Made by a program: the position numbers and the translations under genes. Positions 39,754 to 49,092 of a stretch of 64,000 nucleotides of DNA are shown in pieces. The stretch is from NCBI GenBank assembly GCA_963675595.2, contig CAXXLZ010000001.1:1056001-1120000 (forward strand), given 5' to 3'. This stretch comes from Thermodesulfobacteriota bacterium. GTDB lineage: Bacteria > Desulfobacterota > Desulfarculia > JACQYL01. The notes under the pieces were generated by a model. That model was not told the origin of the DNA. It was given only the letters and a program-made list of their open reading frames with translations, and did not search any database. How positions within the stretch are numbered: position 1 is the first letter of the stretch; every line of letters starts with the position of its first letter.

Positions 39754-41556
39754 CTAAAAGACTTCTAAAACGTACCCATCCGCATCCCTATAGAGGACCA
39801 TAAGACCCTGAGGAACGTTTAGAAACGCAAAATCCAGCAGGTCATTAGCGAGCATCTTGGACTGCCGACTTTCAACAATCCTCTGACCCAGCCACTTCAC
39901 GCCGACCACCTGGTCACTTCCTTGGGTAGATCCCAGAACCTTTCTCAGGCTGGTTTCCAGGATATCCCCTCCCCGCTCCTTGTAAATAAGAAAGCTCTGA
40001 CCGTCTAATTGGGTTTTCAGCTCGAACCGGCGGGGCGGGTACACTTCTTGATAAGTTTTCTTGTCAAACCCACCGAGGTACAAGTCCTCTCTGAGTTTCA
40101 ACGGGTAGGCGATTTCTCTGAATCTCCCGTAATTACGCATGCCTGAGGCTTCGACTTTTTCTTCGGCAGCCAAATAGCCGTGAAGGTCATTGCCGGCCTC
40201 CAGGACGATCAGTCGTTCGGGATCGTCCGGGACAAGGTTGAACTGATAGATGGAATAAACGCCCCGTGCCGGTTCGTAGGGTTCACCCATTTCCAACTTG
40301 CCTAGATCTTCGTTCCACCGCAGTTGATGAATGGGTCCCGCATACTGCTCGTAGTCACCACCACACTGCGCCAGGGCTACTCGCTCACCTTGGCGATCCT
40401 CGATCACTCTCAAGTAGTACGGCCAGTCCCGGACCAGGGGCTTGAGGCGCCCATCTTCAGAAGTCAGTACAATCGAGCGGAGGCGGTTGTCTTGTTTGTC
40501 CAGGTTCCGAACCGGTTCGGCGAGCGTTACCAAAATTTCGTGCCCGCCGTCGGCGTTCAGGTCCGCCGCATGAAGGTGAAGCGGCCAAATACCGGCTTTC
40601 TCAAAGGGGTAACGTTCCTTTTCGTGCAGTCTTCCCTCTTGGACCTGGTAGATCACCAACGCCCGCTGACCCAGCAAAGCCAGCTCCCACGTGCCGTCTC
40701 CTTCCAGGTCGCACTGGACGACCCGATAAAAAGGTTCTTGCAGACGGTAGAACTCGCTTTTTTCCGACGCTGGTGTGGTATGGAAGCTCATGCCGGAGGG
40801 GAGGGGAGTGGTTAGCGCCGCATTTTCCGGCTCTTGTGGAGGCCTCAACTCCCCCGCCGTACCTGACACTGATGAAGACGCCGAAATGGAGTGCCCCACC
40901 GGAAAGATAGTACGAATCGGGTCTTGGTAGGTTTCGGTTTCGGAGAAGAGGACACGTGCGTTGTCTGCAGTGGTTAACTGGTAGACAAGATGCCCGGGCT
41001 CCGCTTCCAGCCGGAGCACGAGATCCCATGGCCGTAAATCCGCCGTTATGGAATCTCCCGCCACCTCAATGACCTGCATCCCTTTTGCCGGAAGCTCTTT
41101 TAATAGTGTCCGGTAAGGTGGGGCGCCGTGCTTCTTCTCCAGGTTGGTATAAAGGTGAATCGTTGGGGTGGGGGAGGACAGGACCCAGTCTCCTACTTCC
41201 ACCGCGGCCTCTGCGGACTGCTCGATCCGGGCCAGAACCGAGTCGGCGAAGAGCGCCTCCACCTGGATCCAGGCCACTTGACGCTGCAGCGACGGCGAGA
41301 TTCCCTTGCGATGCTCCGTGACCTGAAGCCATTGCCCTTCTTTAAGGGGAACGCTCTCTTTTGTGAACCGGAGCCGATTCCGGGATTGTTCAATCACCCG
41401 GCCGAGCACCTGGAAGGGAGCGGTGTATTGTTTCTCGAAATACTTCATGAGCTTCTGTTCGGGCCTTTCCCCGGCCTCACATGGATTGACGGCCGAACAA
41501 ACGAGGGCTGTACAGAGCCCAAGCCACAAGATGCCGTTCCTGATTTTCATGCGCAC
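39754..41556 (-). CDS. Exported protein with FG-GAP/VCBS-like repeats
   Basis: N-terminal signal peptide and calcium-blade motifs DLEGDGTWEL and DLNADGGHEI. Confidence 0.7.
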   Translation of the reverse strand: MRMKIRNGILWLGLCTALVCSAVNPCEAGERPEQKLMKYFEKQYTAPFQVLGRVIEQSRNRLRFTKESVPLKEGQWLQVTEHRKGISPSLQRQVAWIQVEALFADSVLARIEQSAEAAVEVGDWVLSSPTPTIHLYTNLEKKHGAPPYRTLLKELPAKGMQVIEVAGDSITADLRPWDLVLRLEAEPGHLVYQLTTADNARVLFSETETYQDPIRTIFPVGHSISASSSVSGTAGELRPPQEPENAALTTPLPSGMSFHTTPASEKSEFYRLQEPFYRVVQCDLEGDGTWELALLGQRALVIYQVQEGRLHEKERYPFEKAGIWPLHLHAADLNADGGHEILVTLAEPVRNLDKQDNRLRSIVLTSEDGRLKPLVRDWPYYLRVIEDRQGERVALAQCGGDYEQYAGPIHQLRWNEDLGKLEMGEPYEPARGVYSIYQFNLVPDDPERLIVLEAGNDLHGYLAAEEKVEASGMRNYGRFREIAYPLKLREDLYLGGFDKKTYQEVYPPRRFELKTQLDGQSFLIYKERGGDILETSLRKVLGSTQGSDQVVGVKWLGQRIVESRQSKMLANDLLDFAFLNVPQGLMVLYRDADGYVLEVF

Positions 41557-41810
41557 ACTCCTTGACTCGTTCGGTTTCTATAATCCTGGACGATGCCGTT
41601 TTTCCGGCGGAATTGATCCGCCTTGTCCGGAGGAGTTTGCCTCTCTTTGGCTTGATTCCCCCAGCTCAAAGCGCCCGAACAAGCAACCGAACGAAGGTCT
41701 GTTGTGGGCTCGGAAACTCCTTCAAGTTGACCGTTCAGGGGCGACCAGCCACCAGCCGACCACCCCTTCGAGAACCTTTCAATCCGACATCCGCGGCAAC
41801 CTTGCCGATA

Positions 41811-43295
41811 TCACCAAGTCCATTTAAACTCAATGGTATCCAAGAAGGCGGTCTCATCAAAATCCTCGCCCCAGATGTCCTGGATCCCATCGCCCGGATC
41901 GAAAACCGCGAAGGCGTTGCCGACGCTGAAATGCTCATTGAACCTGTAAGTCAGGAGTACGTCGAACTCCATTCCCCACTCATTGTCGATGCTTTTGCCC
42001 TCAAGATCTTCCAGAGCCCCCACATCTTCGAAAGTCATGTAAAGACCTTGAACCTTGTAGGACAAATTTTGATAGGAGCCCTTGAAGCCGATGCCGTAGG
42101 AAACGAGACCCGGACTGTCCCCGGATGAGCTGTTGCCGATTCCGCCATACCCGGGATTCAACGCGACTCCTCTGGATTTCGGGAGCCACTCGGGCGTATT
42201 GCTGTAGAGATGGGTGCCCAAAACGGGTACCAGGCGCGACACAAAGCTGTTCTCCATGCCGAAAGTGGGAGTGTATCGCGCGATATTGGTGATGGCGTTA
42301 AAGGCGTCGATGTTGTCATCGTCGGCATCTCCATCACCGCTGACGAGAGTCGCTCCGATATAGGGTATGAATACGGGCGCAATATCGATGTCGACCGACC
42401 CGTATGCAGCGTAGGCGCTGATATCGTATTCCCGATCGGTAGCGGACCAGCGGTCGGTATCGCCCGTGGCGTAGACAAATTCCAGCCGAGGGGTGAACAT
42501 GCCCAGCTTCCCGTATGCCTCCGCACCCATGTAGTGCACGCGCGCATCGGCGGTCTGACGCTTGCTGTTATCGCTGTAGGCGTAGAAGCCACTGACGACG
42601 AGACCGTTGGGCAGCTCGTATTTCCCCTTGGCCGTGTAAACCCGCCAGTCCAGGCTGTCGCTGTCCAATGGCCCGATGGCCTTCCCATGTTCCATGTTTT
42701 CGATGTCGTCCTGGATGATCAAGTAGAGAATTTCCCAAGAGAACTTGTCCCCGATGCCTCCCTGCAAACCTATGAACGGGTGGTCGTCACCGTAGAGCAG
42801 CCCGCCCGTCGAGATGTCCAGAAAGCGGTCATCCCACCCCGTCTCAAGGGTGAAAGGACCGAAGTTGTATCTCGCTGCAAGTTTCTCGACGCCGAAATCC
42901 TCACCGGTCATTCCGCTGTCCACAGGCGTACTTGCATCCGCTCCTCGGTCCCCATTGCTTTTATTCAGGTTGAAATCAGCCTCCAAAATGATTTTGAAAT
43001 CCCAGTCGTTTCCTTTTCCCAACCAGCCGATGCGCACTTCATTGCGAATACTCGCCCCGTCCATGGGGCCGTTCTCATCAAGTACGTAGTCATACGCGGT
43101 GTCCCGGCTGTTGAAATCGGCATTGCTCAGGAAAGTGGGATAGCTTTTAAGGCTGCCGATGAAGTCAAAAGAAACGTCCTTGCTCCTCAGGCCCATTTGT
43201 CCCATCTCTGCGGAAGCGGATAATGGTAGGATCAAAAGGGTTCCCACCAATCCAACGAGGCTCAATTTTTTCATTTGTTTCCATCGATTTTTCAT
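41811..43295 (-). CDS. Putative outer-membrane beta-barrel / porin-like protein
   Basis: Signal peptide ending in SASA, alternating aromatic beta-strand pattern rich in D/G/Y/F, and a C-terminal aromatic signature (IEFKWTW). Start reassigned to ATG 43295 (or 43274). Confidence 0.72.
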   Translation of the reverse strand: MKNRWKQMKKLSLVGLVGTLLILPLSASAEMGQMGLRSKDVSFDFIGSLKSYPTFLSNADFNSRDTAYDYVLDENGPMDGASIRNEVRIGWLGKGNDWDFKIILEADFNLNKSNGDRGADASTPVDSGMTGEDFGVEKLAARYNFGPFTLETGWDDRFLDISTGGLLYGDDHPFIGLQGGIGDKFSWEILYLIIQDDIENMEHGKAIGPLDSDSLDWRVYTAKGKYELPNGLVVSGFYAYSDNSKRQTADARVHYMGAEAYGKLGMFTPRLEFVYATGDTDRWSATDREYDISAYAAYGSVDIDIAPVFIPYIGATLVSGDGDADDDNIDAFNAITNIARYTPTFGMENSFVSRLVPVLGTHLYSNTPEWLPKSRGVALNPGYGGIGNSSSGDSPGLVSYGIGFKGSYQNLSYKVQGLYMTFEDVGALEDLEGKSIDNEWGMEFDVLLTYRFNEHFSVGNAFAVFDPGDGIQDIWGEDFDETAFLDTIEFKWTW

Positions 43296-43380
43296 AACCG
43301 GAACCTCCTCCTCAACGTTGCTGGGTGCTCGGAGCCCCGGAAGTCGGCGCTCCTCCAGTTCGGCTCTCAGCTCCCCGCTT

Positions 43381-43396
43381 GGCAAGGGCTGTGCCA
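43381..43396 (-). promoter_or_regulatory. Sigma-54 (-24/-12) promoter for the porin-like gene
   Basis: TGGCAC-AGCCC-TTGCC on the minus strand, about 85 nt upstream of the start codon. Confidence 0.8.
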
Positions 43397-43898
43397 AATT
43401 GATGAAGGGGTTTCCTCGGTTGCCGCTTGCGATGAGGAAATCAAGAATCGGAAGAACCGGCAACCCGCCATGGAGGCGCGTATTGAAATAATCTATGGGA
43501 GGAGGGAATAAACCCGTCCGGCCGTGTCCGAATCCCCGCCGGTCGCATCGCCTCGGAACCCGCCGGCTCCGAAATCACTATCCAAACAACGTCTCCCGTA
43601 TTGGAACAAACTTGGAATGATTAATGAGTTCAGGGCGTTCCAAGCGGGGACGAAAACGCATGGCTGAAACTGATTTTCGAAACGGTTCAGGTACAACGGC
43701 ACCGGCCTGCCTGCAAATCGATGTTTCCGTTACGCTTGTAACGTTAACATGTAACGTAACACTTAATTCTTCGGCAACCTTGGGTCGTGCCGTCTTCGTT
43801 CCTCCAATACGCCTCAACGCAGTAATCGTTCGCCGCCTCGGAGCGATGCCCTACGCTCCGGCCTACCGTTGCCGGTCAAAAGGCGCTGATTCCCCCAG

Positions 43899-43914
43899 TG
43901 GCATGATGCTTGCT
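43899..43914 (+). promoter_or_regulatory. Sigma-54 (-24/-12) promoter facing the IS3 element and the octaheme cytochrome
   Basis: TGGCAT-GATGC-TTGCT. Confidence 0.75.
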
Positions 43915-44130
43915 CCGTTTGGGGGCAATAAGTCCGCGCAGTAACAGGGTATGCATTCACGGAGGGAACTTTTTTCAAACGGTTTCCTCGCCTACCCTGT
44001 GAACAATCACGTAACAGGAGCTTGGGCTTCCTTGCGCTTGGCGGCGCCGGGATATTGATTCTCCGGAAACGAATCTCCCCGTACGGATGTCAAGCCCCCA
44101 GTTTTTGGTCCAGGAGTTATGAGAGTTTTA

Positions 44131-45042
44131 TCATGACTCGCGGTTTTCCATCCCCGGCCCTTGGGGCCTCGGCGAAGCCGAGCTGAGCGAGGCGGAGTCG
44201 AGGCCCCAAGGGCTCGCCGCGAACTGGGCCGGGGTCATGTAATTCAATGCACTGTGCGGTCTTTCCTCGTTATAGGCTTTCCGCCATTTGGCGGCCAGAG
44301 TCTGCGCTTCCTTGATGTTGTTGAAAATTTCCATGTTCAAGAATTCATCCCGAAAACGGCTGTTGAAACTTTCCACGTACCCGTTCTGCCAAGGGGCTCC
44401 CGGCTCGACGAAAAGGGTTCCCACTCCCAGGTCTTTCAGCCAGTTTCTCACCTTTTGGGCTATAAATTCGGGACCGTTATCCGATCGAATGCCCGTTGGA
44501 ACTCCCCGCTCGCCCATCAATCGGCTCAGCTCGTTCAAAACGTCTTCACCCGTAATGGAGCGGTTGATCCTCAGGGCCAGGTTTTCCCGAGTAAACTCGT
44601 CGACAATGGCCAAGCACTTGAACTGACGGCCGTCGACCAAGCGGTCATGAATGAAATCCAACGTCCAGACATCATTTGCAAAAGCCGCCTTACGCTTGTT
44701 GCACGCATTGGCATCAACTCCCAGGAAGCGTTTCTTCTTGGCTTTTCGAGGTACCTTGAATCCTTCCTCTTTCCAAAGTCTATGAATTCGCTTGTAGTTT
44801 ACCGCCCACCCCGCATCACGCAGCAGCCGAGTGATCCTACGGCATCCAAAACGGGGATGTTCTCCAACCAACCGGTGAAGAGCCTTGATCAGTTCCACCT
44901 CATCGTCCCGTTCCTTCGGCTCATAACGTTGGGTGGATCGGTGTTGACCGGCTACGCGGCAGGCCCGACGCTCTGAAGCGGCATGTTCACTTCGAACATA
45001 ATCAACCGCTTTCCTACGACGCGCCGGGCTTAGAAGTTTCCC
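44131..45042 (-). CDS. IS3 transposase OrfB (DDE integrase core), reached by a -1 frameshift
   Basis: WTLDF, DEFTRE, SDNGPEF, PWQNGYVESFN and RPHSAL. The -1 frame is open from the G-GGA-AAC slippery site at 45042-45036. Confidence 0.92.
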   Translation of the reverse strand, partial: GKLLSPARRRKAVDYVRSEHAASERRACRVAGQHRSTQRYEPKERDDEVELIKALHRLVGEHPRFGCRRITRLLRDAGWAVNYKRIHRLWKEEGFKVPRKAKKKRFLGVDANACNKRKAAFANDVWTLDFIHDRLVDGRQFKCLAIVDEFTRENLALRINRSITGEDVLNELSRLMGERGVPTGIRSDNGPEFIAQKVRNWLKDLGVGTLFVEPGAPWQNGYVESFNSRFRDEFLNMEIFNNIKEAQTLAAKWRKAYNEERPHSALNYMTPAQFAASPWGLDSASLSSASPRPQGPGMENRES

Positions 45043-45311
45043 TCCGCAAGATCCTTCAGCATTGCCTTGTCCAACATCAGATCGGCGACCAGCTTTTTTA
45101 AGCGTGCATTTTCCTTTTCCAGTTCTTTTAGCCGTTTGGCCTCCTCAGCCTTCATCCCCCCATACTGGTTTCGCCACCGGTGGTACGTCGCCTCGCTCAC
45201 CTCCAGCGATTGGCAAACCTGCGCTATCGTCTGCCCTGCCGTCAGACGACGGTCCGCGTCTTCAAGTTTCCGGATGATTTGCTCCGCGCTGTGTCTCTTT
45301 CTCTTGGCCAT
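45030..45311 (-). CDS. IS3 transposase OrfA
   Basis: HTH sequence KRHSAEQIIRKL...VSEATYHRWR and leucine zipper LKELEKENARLKKL. Confidence 0.93.
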   Translation of the reverse strand: MAKRKRHSAEQIIRKLEDADRRLTAGQTIAQVCQSLEVSEATYHRWRNQYGGMKAEEAKRLKELEKENARLKKLVADLMLDKAMLKDLAEGNF

Positions 45312-45605
45312 GCAAAAAGTCTCCTTCCGTTCTTTGGGCATTCAGACTCTCATTATACATGGACCAATTATCGGGGGGCATTCCACGGAGACTAATGTTT
45401 AACAAAGACTTCCTAGGTGCATGTTTTGATCATTAAATAAAAACCTTTCATCCCGTTCTACGCCTGGAGCAGGGTTAAGATGGTCATAAACGGCCTTTAG
45501 CAATGGCTGACTTACTACTCCGGCGAATACATGGGTATTTGTCCTACTTTCAAGTTGGTCCGACGACTTAGCAGCAAAACTACTTTAATTTAAATGGATG
45601 ATGAC

Positions 45606-47027
45606 ATGAGACGAGCATACTTAGTTTTGATACTTGTTTGTGTATGGTCTTTGTCAATATGTATAACCTATGCCGGTACTAAAAAGTCTGTTCATAAATC
45701 TGAAGATCCACACAGATCGATGAAAGGCCCCTATCCGGATGGAGTATCCGTCACAAAGGCCTGTCTACAATGTCACGAGGACAAGGCAAAGGAGATACTA
45801 ACGACATCTCATTGGCTTTGGAAAGGACCAAGTCCCAAGGTAGTAGGCCATGAACATAGGATGGATTTGGGAAAGCGGAATATCATAAACAGCTATTGAA
45901 TTGGTATCGGATCCAACTGGTGCAGTTGCACCAGCTGCCATATAGGATACGGTTGGAAGGACGCTTCTTTTGACTTCTCCGACACCTCAAAGATCGATTG
46001 TCTGATTTGCCACGACACGACGGGAAACTATCAGAAAGCACCCAAGGGTTGCGGTAAGGAGAAGGAATGGTTGAACCTGCCCGAGATCGCAAGGAATGTG
46101 GGCATCCCTTCAAGGGCCAATTGCGGAAAGTGCCATTTCTATGGGGGGGGAGGGGATGCTATCAAGCACGGAGCACTTGATTCCACCTTTGAGCAACCGG
46201 ACAGAAAAACTGATGTTCACATGGGAGGGATGGACTTTTCCTGTCAGTATTGCCACCTGGAGAATGGACACAGGATAGCCGGCGGCTGCACAACCTGTGC
46301 AGTGAGTGAAGGCACGGTTTCCTGCTTGGACTGCCACGATGAAAGGCCCCATTATGACGAAAATCCCCTGCTGGCGAAATTAAACGACCACGTCGATTCC
46401 ATCAGCTGTCAGACCTGTCATATCCCGACTTTTGCAAAGAACAAACCAACCCTCATGTGCTGGGACTGGTCAAAGGCGGGGAAAGAAATGGAACCATGCC
46501 CGGTGGATCCACATGCGATTACGATTTGCTCCAAAAAGAAAGGCCTTTTGATAAAGAAGCAAAATCTTACTCCGGTCTATTCCTGGTACAACGGAAAACA
46601 TCATCGATATTTAGCCGGCGATAAGGTAAATCTCAATGGCACTACCTATTTAAACAAGCCGGATGGAAACATTCGGGATCCGAATTCCAAAATAACACCC
46701 TACAAAATATATGAAGGTATTCAACCTGCCGACGACCAATTTGGATATCTCATTGTCCCTAAATTGTGGGGTGGTTTCTGGCGCCATTTTGATTGGAACC
46801 GGGCTGCGGAGGAGGGAATGAATTCGGTGAATCTCAAATATAGCGGCAAGATCAGATTCGTGAAGACGATCATGCATTGGGCAATCAACCATGGAGTGGC
46901 GCCGAAAGAACAAGCGCTGTCGTGTACCGATTGTCACCGTCCGGACGGTGTCATGGACTTCAAGGCCTTGGGCTATAAACGAGACCCGGTGGTTATCGGA
47001 GGGCGGTTTAAGAATGCGCGGCCATAA
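45606..47027 (+). CDS. Octaheme c-type cytochrome of the tetrathionate reductase (OTR) family, with an in-frame TGA probably read as selenocysteine
   Basis: One frame with a single internal stop (TGA 45897-45899). Signal peptide and eight CxxCH motifs (CLQCH, CTSCH, CLICH, CGKCH, CQYCH, CLDCH, CQTCH, CTDCH). OTR motifs HWLW, GGGGDAIKHG, DVHM, WDWSKAG and INHGVAPKE.AL.C. 473 codons from ATG 45606. Confidence 0.88.
45900..45934 (+). promoter_or_regulatory. Putative bacterial SECIS element
   Basis: Perfect 7-bp stem CTGGTGC-AGTT-GCACCAG starting 17 nt after the TGA, with G in the apical loop. Confidence 0.65.
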
Positions 47028-47205
47028 CATCATATCTACCAACCTAACCCGGTTTAACGCCTATGAAAAAAAGAGGCTTGAGAGTCATTTATCCAACAGC
47101 CCTAAAGAGTTAGCTGGAATCAAACAATTGCTCAAGTGACGGCCTGCTTGGAGGGCAAACGGTTTGCGACTTGAAACTAATGTAACGAAGATGGAGGCGA
47201 CAGGA

Positions 47206-48138
47206 ATGGTCGGCTCGAACGATCGGGACAGAAGGGCCACGCTTGAGCGAACGCCCCTTTTCGCGGGGCTGAATCCGGAGCAGCTCTCCGAATTTGCCCG
47301 GGTGGCGCACGAAACCAGTGCGCCGGCGGGGTCCATGATCTTCGAGCAGGGAGACGCGGGTGACGGCTTCTATATTATTAGGTCGGGAAAGGTCCAGGTC
47401 TTCAGAAGAGGGGAGCGAGGCATTGAGACCCAGCTTTCCATCCTGGGTCCGAGGGAGAGCTTTGGTGAGATGGCCCTTCTGACGGGCAACTCCCGTTCCG
47501 CTTGTGTTCGGGCCATGGAAGAGACTCATTTGATTGTGCTGTCCAAGAATGAGTTCGATCGCATACTGAAGGATCATCCCGATGCGTCGTTGTCTTTTGT
47601 AAAACAAATTTCCGAGTGGCTTCTTCGCGATGAGGCCCATTTACAGCAAGCGACGGAACGTATCATGCATCCCTCCCGGATTTCGTGGTCGGACTTCGCC
47701 TTCATCGCGGGTGTCGTCCTTCTCTGCGGTCTCATCTTCAACACAGCTAACCCCTCCGGAATTCGATGGATTCCCAAAGTCTACTCCCATGAATCCATAT
47801 CCTTCGTCGCCGCCGCTGAGGCAATAGCGGCTCGGGCTGAGGGAGCCGTGATCGTGGACGCCCGTCCCTCGAACTTCTACGAAGAAAGGCATATAGAGGG
47901 TGCGATCAGTCTTCCGCTTCCGGTGTTCGACTTCGTCTACATGATGAAATTCGGTGAAATGCGCAAAAACAAGCCCATCATTGTCTATGGACGAAACATC
48001 AGCCGTCGTTATGATTCAGAGGTCGCCTACCGTCTGGTGCTGAGAGGTCACCGGGATGTATCAATCTTAGAGAATGGTGTTTTCGCTTGGGAAAAGCAGG
48101 AGGACGCCATGGAAGCACAGGAGAATTCCGAGTCATGA
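47206..48138 (+). CDS. Cyclic-nucleotide-binding domain + TM + rhodanese-like domain fusion
   Basis: cNMP motifs FEQGD.GD.FYII.SG.V and FGEMALL...RSA. TM helix, then IVDARP...HIEGAISLP and ILENGVFAW. GGAGG SD before ATG 47206. Confidence 0.87.
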   Translation: MVGSNDRDRRATLERTPLFAGLNPEQLSEFARVAHETSAPAGSMIFEQGDAGDGFYIIRSGKVQVFRRGERGIETQLSILGPRESFGEMALLTGNSRSACVRAMEETHLIVLSKNEFDRILKDHPDASLSFVKQISEWLLRDEAHLQQATERIMHPSRISWSDFAFIAGVVLLCGLIFNTANPSGIRWIPKVYSHESISFVAAAEAIAARAEGAVIVDARPSNFYEERHIEGAISLPLPVFDFVYMMKFGEMRKNKPIIVYGRNISRRYDSEVAYRLVLRGHRDVSILENGVFAWEKQEDAMEAQENSES

Positions 48139-48647
48139 AACGTCTCATGGACCTACTGAAACGTCTTGTAGCCAGTCCACACTTGGCCTTGGTGCTCCGG
48201 CTTTACATCGGTGTGGTCTTCGTTTACGCCAGCATGAGCAAGATTCCCCACCCGGCGGAATTTGCCGAAAATCTGATCGCATACAGGCTCTTCCCGTGGT
48301 GGTCCATCAACATCCTAGCCGTATTCGTGCCGTGGCTCGAGTTGATCTGCGGGCTTTTCCTCGTAATCGGGTTGGCCTCCAGGGCGGCGTCTTTCACCAT
48401 TGGCGCCATGCTTCTTGGATTCACCGTGGCCATTGTGATCAATCTGCTACGGGGTTCCAACATCGGTTGCGGATGCTTTGAAGCCGTTGGTGGACAAATC
48501 GGATGGGGGAAAGTGATCCGGGATTTGACTTGGCTGGTGATGACGCTCCAAGTATTCTTCTTTGATCGGATCCTGTTGCTTCGAAGGGGTGGGTTGAGCC
48601 TGAAACCCAGCTCGATGATCGAGGCCTGGGAGGGGGATCGGGTGTGA
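48135..48647 (+). CDS. DoxX/MauE-family membrane protein
   Basis: LRLYIG.VF.YA..KI..P..F, PWLELICG and CGCF. ATGA overlap with the upstream gene. Confidence 0.9.
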   Translation: MKRLMDLLKRLVASPHLALVLRLYIGVVFVYASMSKIPHPAEFAENLIAYRLFPWWSINILAVFVPWLELICGLFLVIGLASRAASFTIGAMLLGFTVAIVINLLRGSNIGCGCFEAVGGQIGWGKVIRDLTWLVMTLQVFFFDRILLLRRGGLSLKPSSMIEAWEGDRV

Positions 48648-49092
48648 ACCGAAAGAGACATTTCAGATCGACGCCGTCCATCATTGTGGTTCTGATTGTG
48701 TTCGTCTGTGCGTGTACTCAGACTATTGGGTGAAAAGGACCGACTGAACCTCACGATTAGATCAATTCGTCTGCCGACTATTTGGGTCGGGAGCCGTTTC
48801 CACTCGTTCTTTCCGAAAGCCGCACCGCTGTAAATTCGCCACTTGGACGAATGTGATATGCTGTCCGGCCACGCTCTTCCGGGACTTCCGCCAAACCGGA
48901 GCGGTCGACGCCGCTTTCTTTGCCAAACCCGTCCTGAAAAATGGTAGGAATCAAACGGCATAGCTGCGGCGTATGTCTCGCGGCGCATTCAGGAGCGAAA
49001 TCCATTGCGGAGCGGCTCACTGTGAATGCCGTATCCGGCATTTCAAACGGGCGACTTTTTCGAGATCACGCTCATTGGGCTGAGGAGGAACC

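Larger units (their letters stand above)
44088..45385 (-). mobile_element. IS3-family insertion sequence (IS407-like group), apparently intact
   Basis: TG...CA ends. Imperfect terminal IRs TGTCAAGCCCCCAGTTTTTGGTCCA and TGGAATGCCCCCCGATAATTGGTCCA. 4-bp target duplication CGGA (44084-44087 and 45386-45389). Contains orfA and orfB. Confidence 0.95.

Noticed and set aside
43951-44058. Short ORF MHSRRELF... after the sigma-54 promoter with a Tat-like RR
   Set aside because: Only 35 codons, no proper hydrophobic core, and no continuation across the IS. Too weak to call.
45594-47027. Two separate cytochrome genes or a pseudogene, as the ORF track implies
   Set aside because: Both parts share a frame with a single TGA at a conserved Cys column. 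The gap encodes two intact CxxCH motifs and a SECIS-like hairpin, so recoding is the more parsimonious reading, although it is not proven.
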